From positions 124,001-164,833 of the forward strand of contig PPNB01000019.1 in assembly GCA_003707115.1 (NCBI GenBank): a stretch of 40,833 nucleotides of DNA, given 5' to 3'. Below the pieces are notes generated by a model. It searched no databases. It worked only from the letters and a program-made list of their open reading frames with translations, and was not told the origin of the DNA. This stretch comes from Tortispora ganteri (lineage: Eukaryota). Position numbers and translations under genes: made by a program. The stretch's first letter is position 1; each line of letters starts with the position of its first letter. Shown here one piece after another: positions 38,830 through 40,833 of this stretch.

Positions 38830-40833
38830 TTACAAACGCGTAATAACAGACCTATTACCCATATTAGTGCATTCGATTTTGTCTTCAGCTTCAAGTGCGC
38901 GAAGAACTGTGAACAATTCTGAGGAACTGACAGGTATCTGAGACTGTTCACCCACTTGCTGGAGAAGATCTTGAAATAACATTGATCGCGTAGCATTCCG
39001 CATAATCAGCTGCAAAACCTGTTTAGTCAAATCCTCTTGTAATCTTCTTTCGGCACTAGATGTTCCCGTTTGCACCATATCCATGTCGATCCGGCCTGTA
39101 CGCGGATCAGTTGCATAATCTTTGATAGCGCTACGGATCAATCGGACGGCTTCTTTCACATCTTCAGTCTCCACTTCACTCGATAACCGCATTCTAGCAT
39201 GCGCTTCTGATAGACGGATCATGCTTTCTAGCTGTCTTGTCGTTGCAGTGATTCGTTTCTCAGACGAGTTCGGATCCTCCCCGAGCTTCCTTAGATCAAC
39301 ATACGACTTTACTAAAAGATCCTTCGCTTCGGTTGTTATCACCGGGTGACAGTACTGTCGAGCATATGCCACATATTGTGTCAAGAATTCTGTAGGTAGC
39401 ACCTCCTCTACTGTCGCATTATCCGGCGTATCTTCCAGGTACATCCCAGCAATATGTCGCGCAAGCTTCCTGTCGTTATCTTCATTCACAGTATCCAAAA
39501 GGAGGTATACCAAATCGAACCTCGAAAGCAGAGGCGGTGGCAGATCTATGTTTTGAGTAACCGGAAGATCAGGATTATAACGCGAACCAATAGGATTCGC
39601 TGAAGCTAATACCGAAGTACGGGCATTGAGTGTAGTGATAATACCAGCTTTGGCCACTGACACCGTCTGCTGCTCCATTACTTCATGAAGAACTGATCGC
39701 GTAGCTTCACTCATCTTGTCAAATTCGTCAATGCAACAGATACCGCCATCAGATAAAACTAATGCACCAGATTCAAGTACCATTTGACGCGTATCTGGGT
39801 CTCGTGTCACATACGCCGTGAGACCTACTGCGGAGGAACCTTTACCAGAAGTGTAGACACCCCGCGGTGCAATTTTATGCACGTAACTCATTATTTGCGA
39901 TTTTGAAGTGGACGGATCTCCGCATAGCAAGATATTAATGTCTCCTCGATACCTCGGAGCTCCTCCTTTAGTGAATTTCTTATTTGTTCCTCCGAAAAGC
40001 TGCAGCAATATGCCTTTTTTTACGTCATCCATTTCGTAAACACTAGGAGCAACTGAATGTGCTAAAAGTTCATATATGTCTGGTCTCTGTGCGAGATTTT
40101 CAATTTTTTCAATGTCTTCATCGGAAATATGTCTCACGCCATCGTCGACTGATGGAGACTCTATCAGAGCTGCATTCTCGTGCACATCAAGAGGCTCAGC
40201 TCCAACTGTTCTTTTGCTGATCTTCTTGATATGAATAACATCAACATATGTTCTAAACAGTGTCTTAATTGTTCTGCGAGCGTTGTTTATTCTTACAGGT
40301 ACAGACTGAAAAATACCCGTGATTTCGATTCTGTCTCCTGGCTTGCAGACATCGACAAGCTCATCAAATACGCACAAAGACACTGTGTGCGGAGTCTGAC
40401 CATCTGGTACGAAGTCAGGAGTCTCTTGGAGCTTGATAGCTTGTTTATCAACAAATGTACACCGGTTATGAATGAGCTGCATTGACCCCTTGCTGCGACA
40501 TTGATCGCGGGGGCACTCGGTCGGTTCATTAATAATACCGCGATCAATGTGTCTTTTGATTGTATGAAGGCATACAGCACAGCGAAAGAATGCATCTTTC
40601 ATGTCCGGTATAACTGGAGTAGTGCGAATGACAAGCCCCTTTATTGAAATGAGCTTGTCTATATCGCTAGGATTCAGCTCACGTATACCTTGCTTAGTGT
40701 CGAGGCCGTACGGACGGACCTTGTAAATTATACTGCCGATACGGTCTTTTTCTTGTTCCTTGTGTTCTAAAGGAATTTCAATTAGATCGTCCACTAGGTC
40801 CGCCATCATTGTTCTAATGGCTTGATCCATAAT
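38830..40833 (-). CDS. MCM4: DNA replication licensing helicase subunit Mcm4, 5'-truncated by the window edge
   Basis: Walker A GDPSTSKSQ, IDEFDKM, LLSRFDL, QETPDFVPDGQTPH, and a CxxC...C zinc finger. The frame is open to the window end. Confidence 0.95.
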   Translation of the reverse strand: MMDQAIRTMMADLVDDLIEIPLEHKEQEKDRIGSIIYKVRPYGLDTKQGIRELNPSDIDKLISIKGLVIRTTPVIPDMKDAFFRCAVCLHTIKRHIDRGIINEPTECPRDQCRSKGSMQLIHNRCTFVDKQAIKLQETPDFVPDGQTPHTVSLCVFDELVDVCKPGDRIEITGIFQSVPVRINNARRTIKTLFRTYVDVIHIKKISKRTVGAEPLDVHENAALIESPSVDDGVRHISDEDIEKIENLAQRPDIYELLAHSVAPSVYEMDDVKKGILLQLFGGTNKKFTKGGAPRYRGDINILLCGDPSTSKSQIMSYVHKIAPRGVYTSGKGSSAVGLTAYVTRDPDTRQMVLESGALVLSDGGICCIDEFDKMSEATRSVLHEVMEQQTVSVAKAGIITTLNARTSVLASANPIGSRYNPDLPVTQNIDLPPPLLSRFDLVYLLLDTVNEDNDRKLARHIAGMYLEDTPDNATVEEVLPTEFLTQYVAYARQYCHPVITTEAKDLLVKSYVDLRKLGEDPNSSEKRITATTRQLESMIRLSEAHARMRLSSEVETEDVKEAVRLIRSAIKDYATDPRTGRIDMDMVQTGTSSAERRLQEDLTKQVLQLIMRNATRSMLFQDLLQQVGEQSQIPVSSSELFTVLRALEAEDKIECTNMGNRSVITRL

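Overview
Gene-dense, almost intron-free eukaryotic DNA from an ascomycete yeast. It is probably an early-diverging Saccharomycotina (inference: it keeps eIF3d and a complex I subunit, has dispersed 5S genes, and uses CTG as Leu). About 25 protein genes lie end to end: the VCX1 3' end, DCS1, eIF3d, an OTT_1508-like deaminase candidate, Nbl1/Borealin, RPN10, HAP2, a 2-hydroxyacyl-CoA lyase, REX1, NDUFB10, a CCP2-type peroxidase, a bestrophin-like channel, NPR3, VPS37, glycogen synthase, uS11m, PEX7, RPL4, POP5, FEX1, PDI1, GRH1, an OPT/YSL transporter, a small PII-like NIF3/YqfO-type protein, a degenerate KH protein, POL5 and a partial MCM4. Two identical 120-nt 5S rRNA genes, absent from the ORF track, lie in tandem just downstream of REX1, whose S. 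cerevisiae orthologue trims 5S 3' ends. The best leads are the deaminase-like orphan, the 5S/REX1 arrangement, the KH-like protein lacking GxxG loops, the standalone PII-like gene and a 16-bp minisatellite next to the FEX1 stop. Most of the window is ordinary housekeeping DNA. All calls come from motif recognition by eye, with no database searches.
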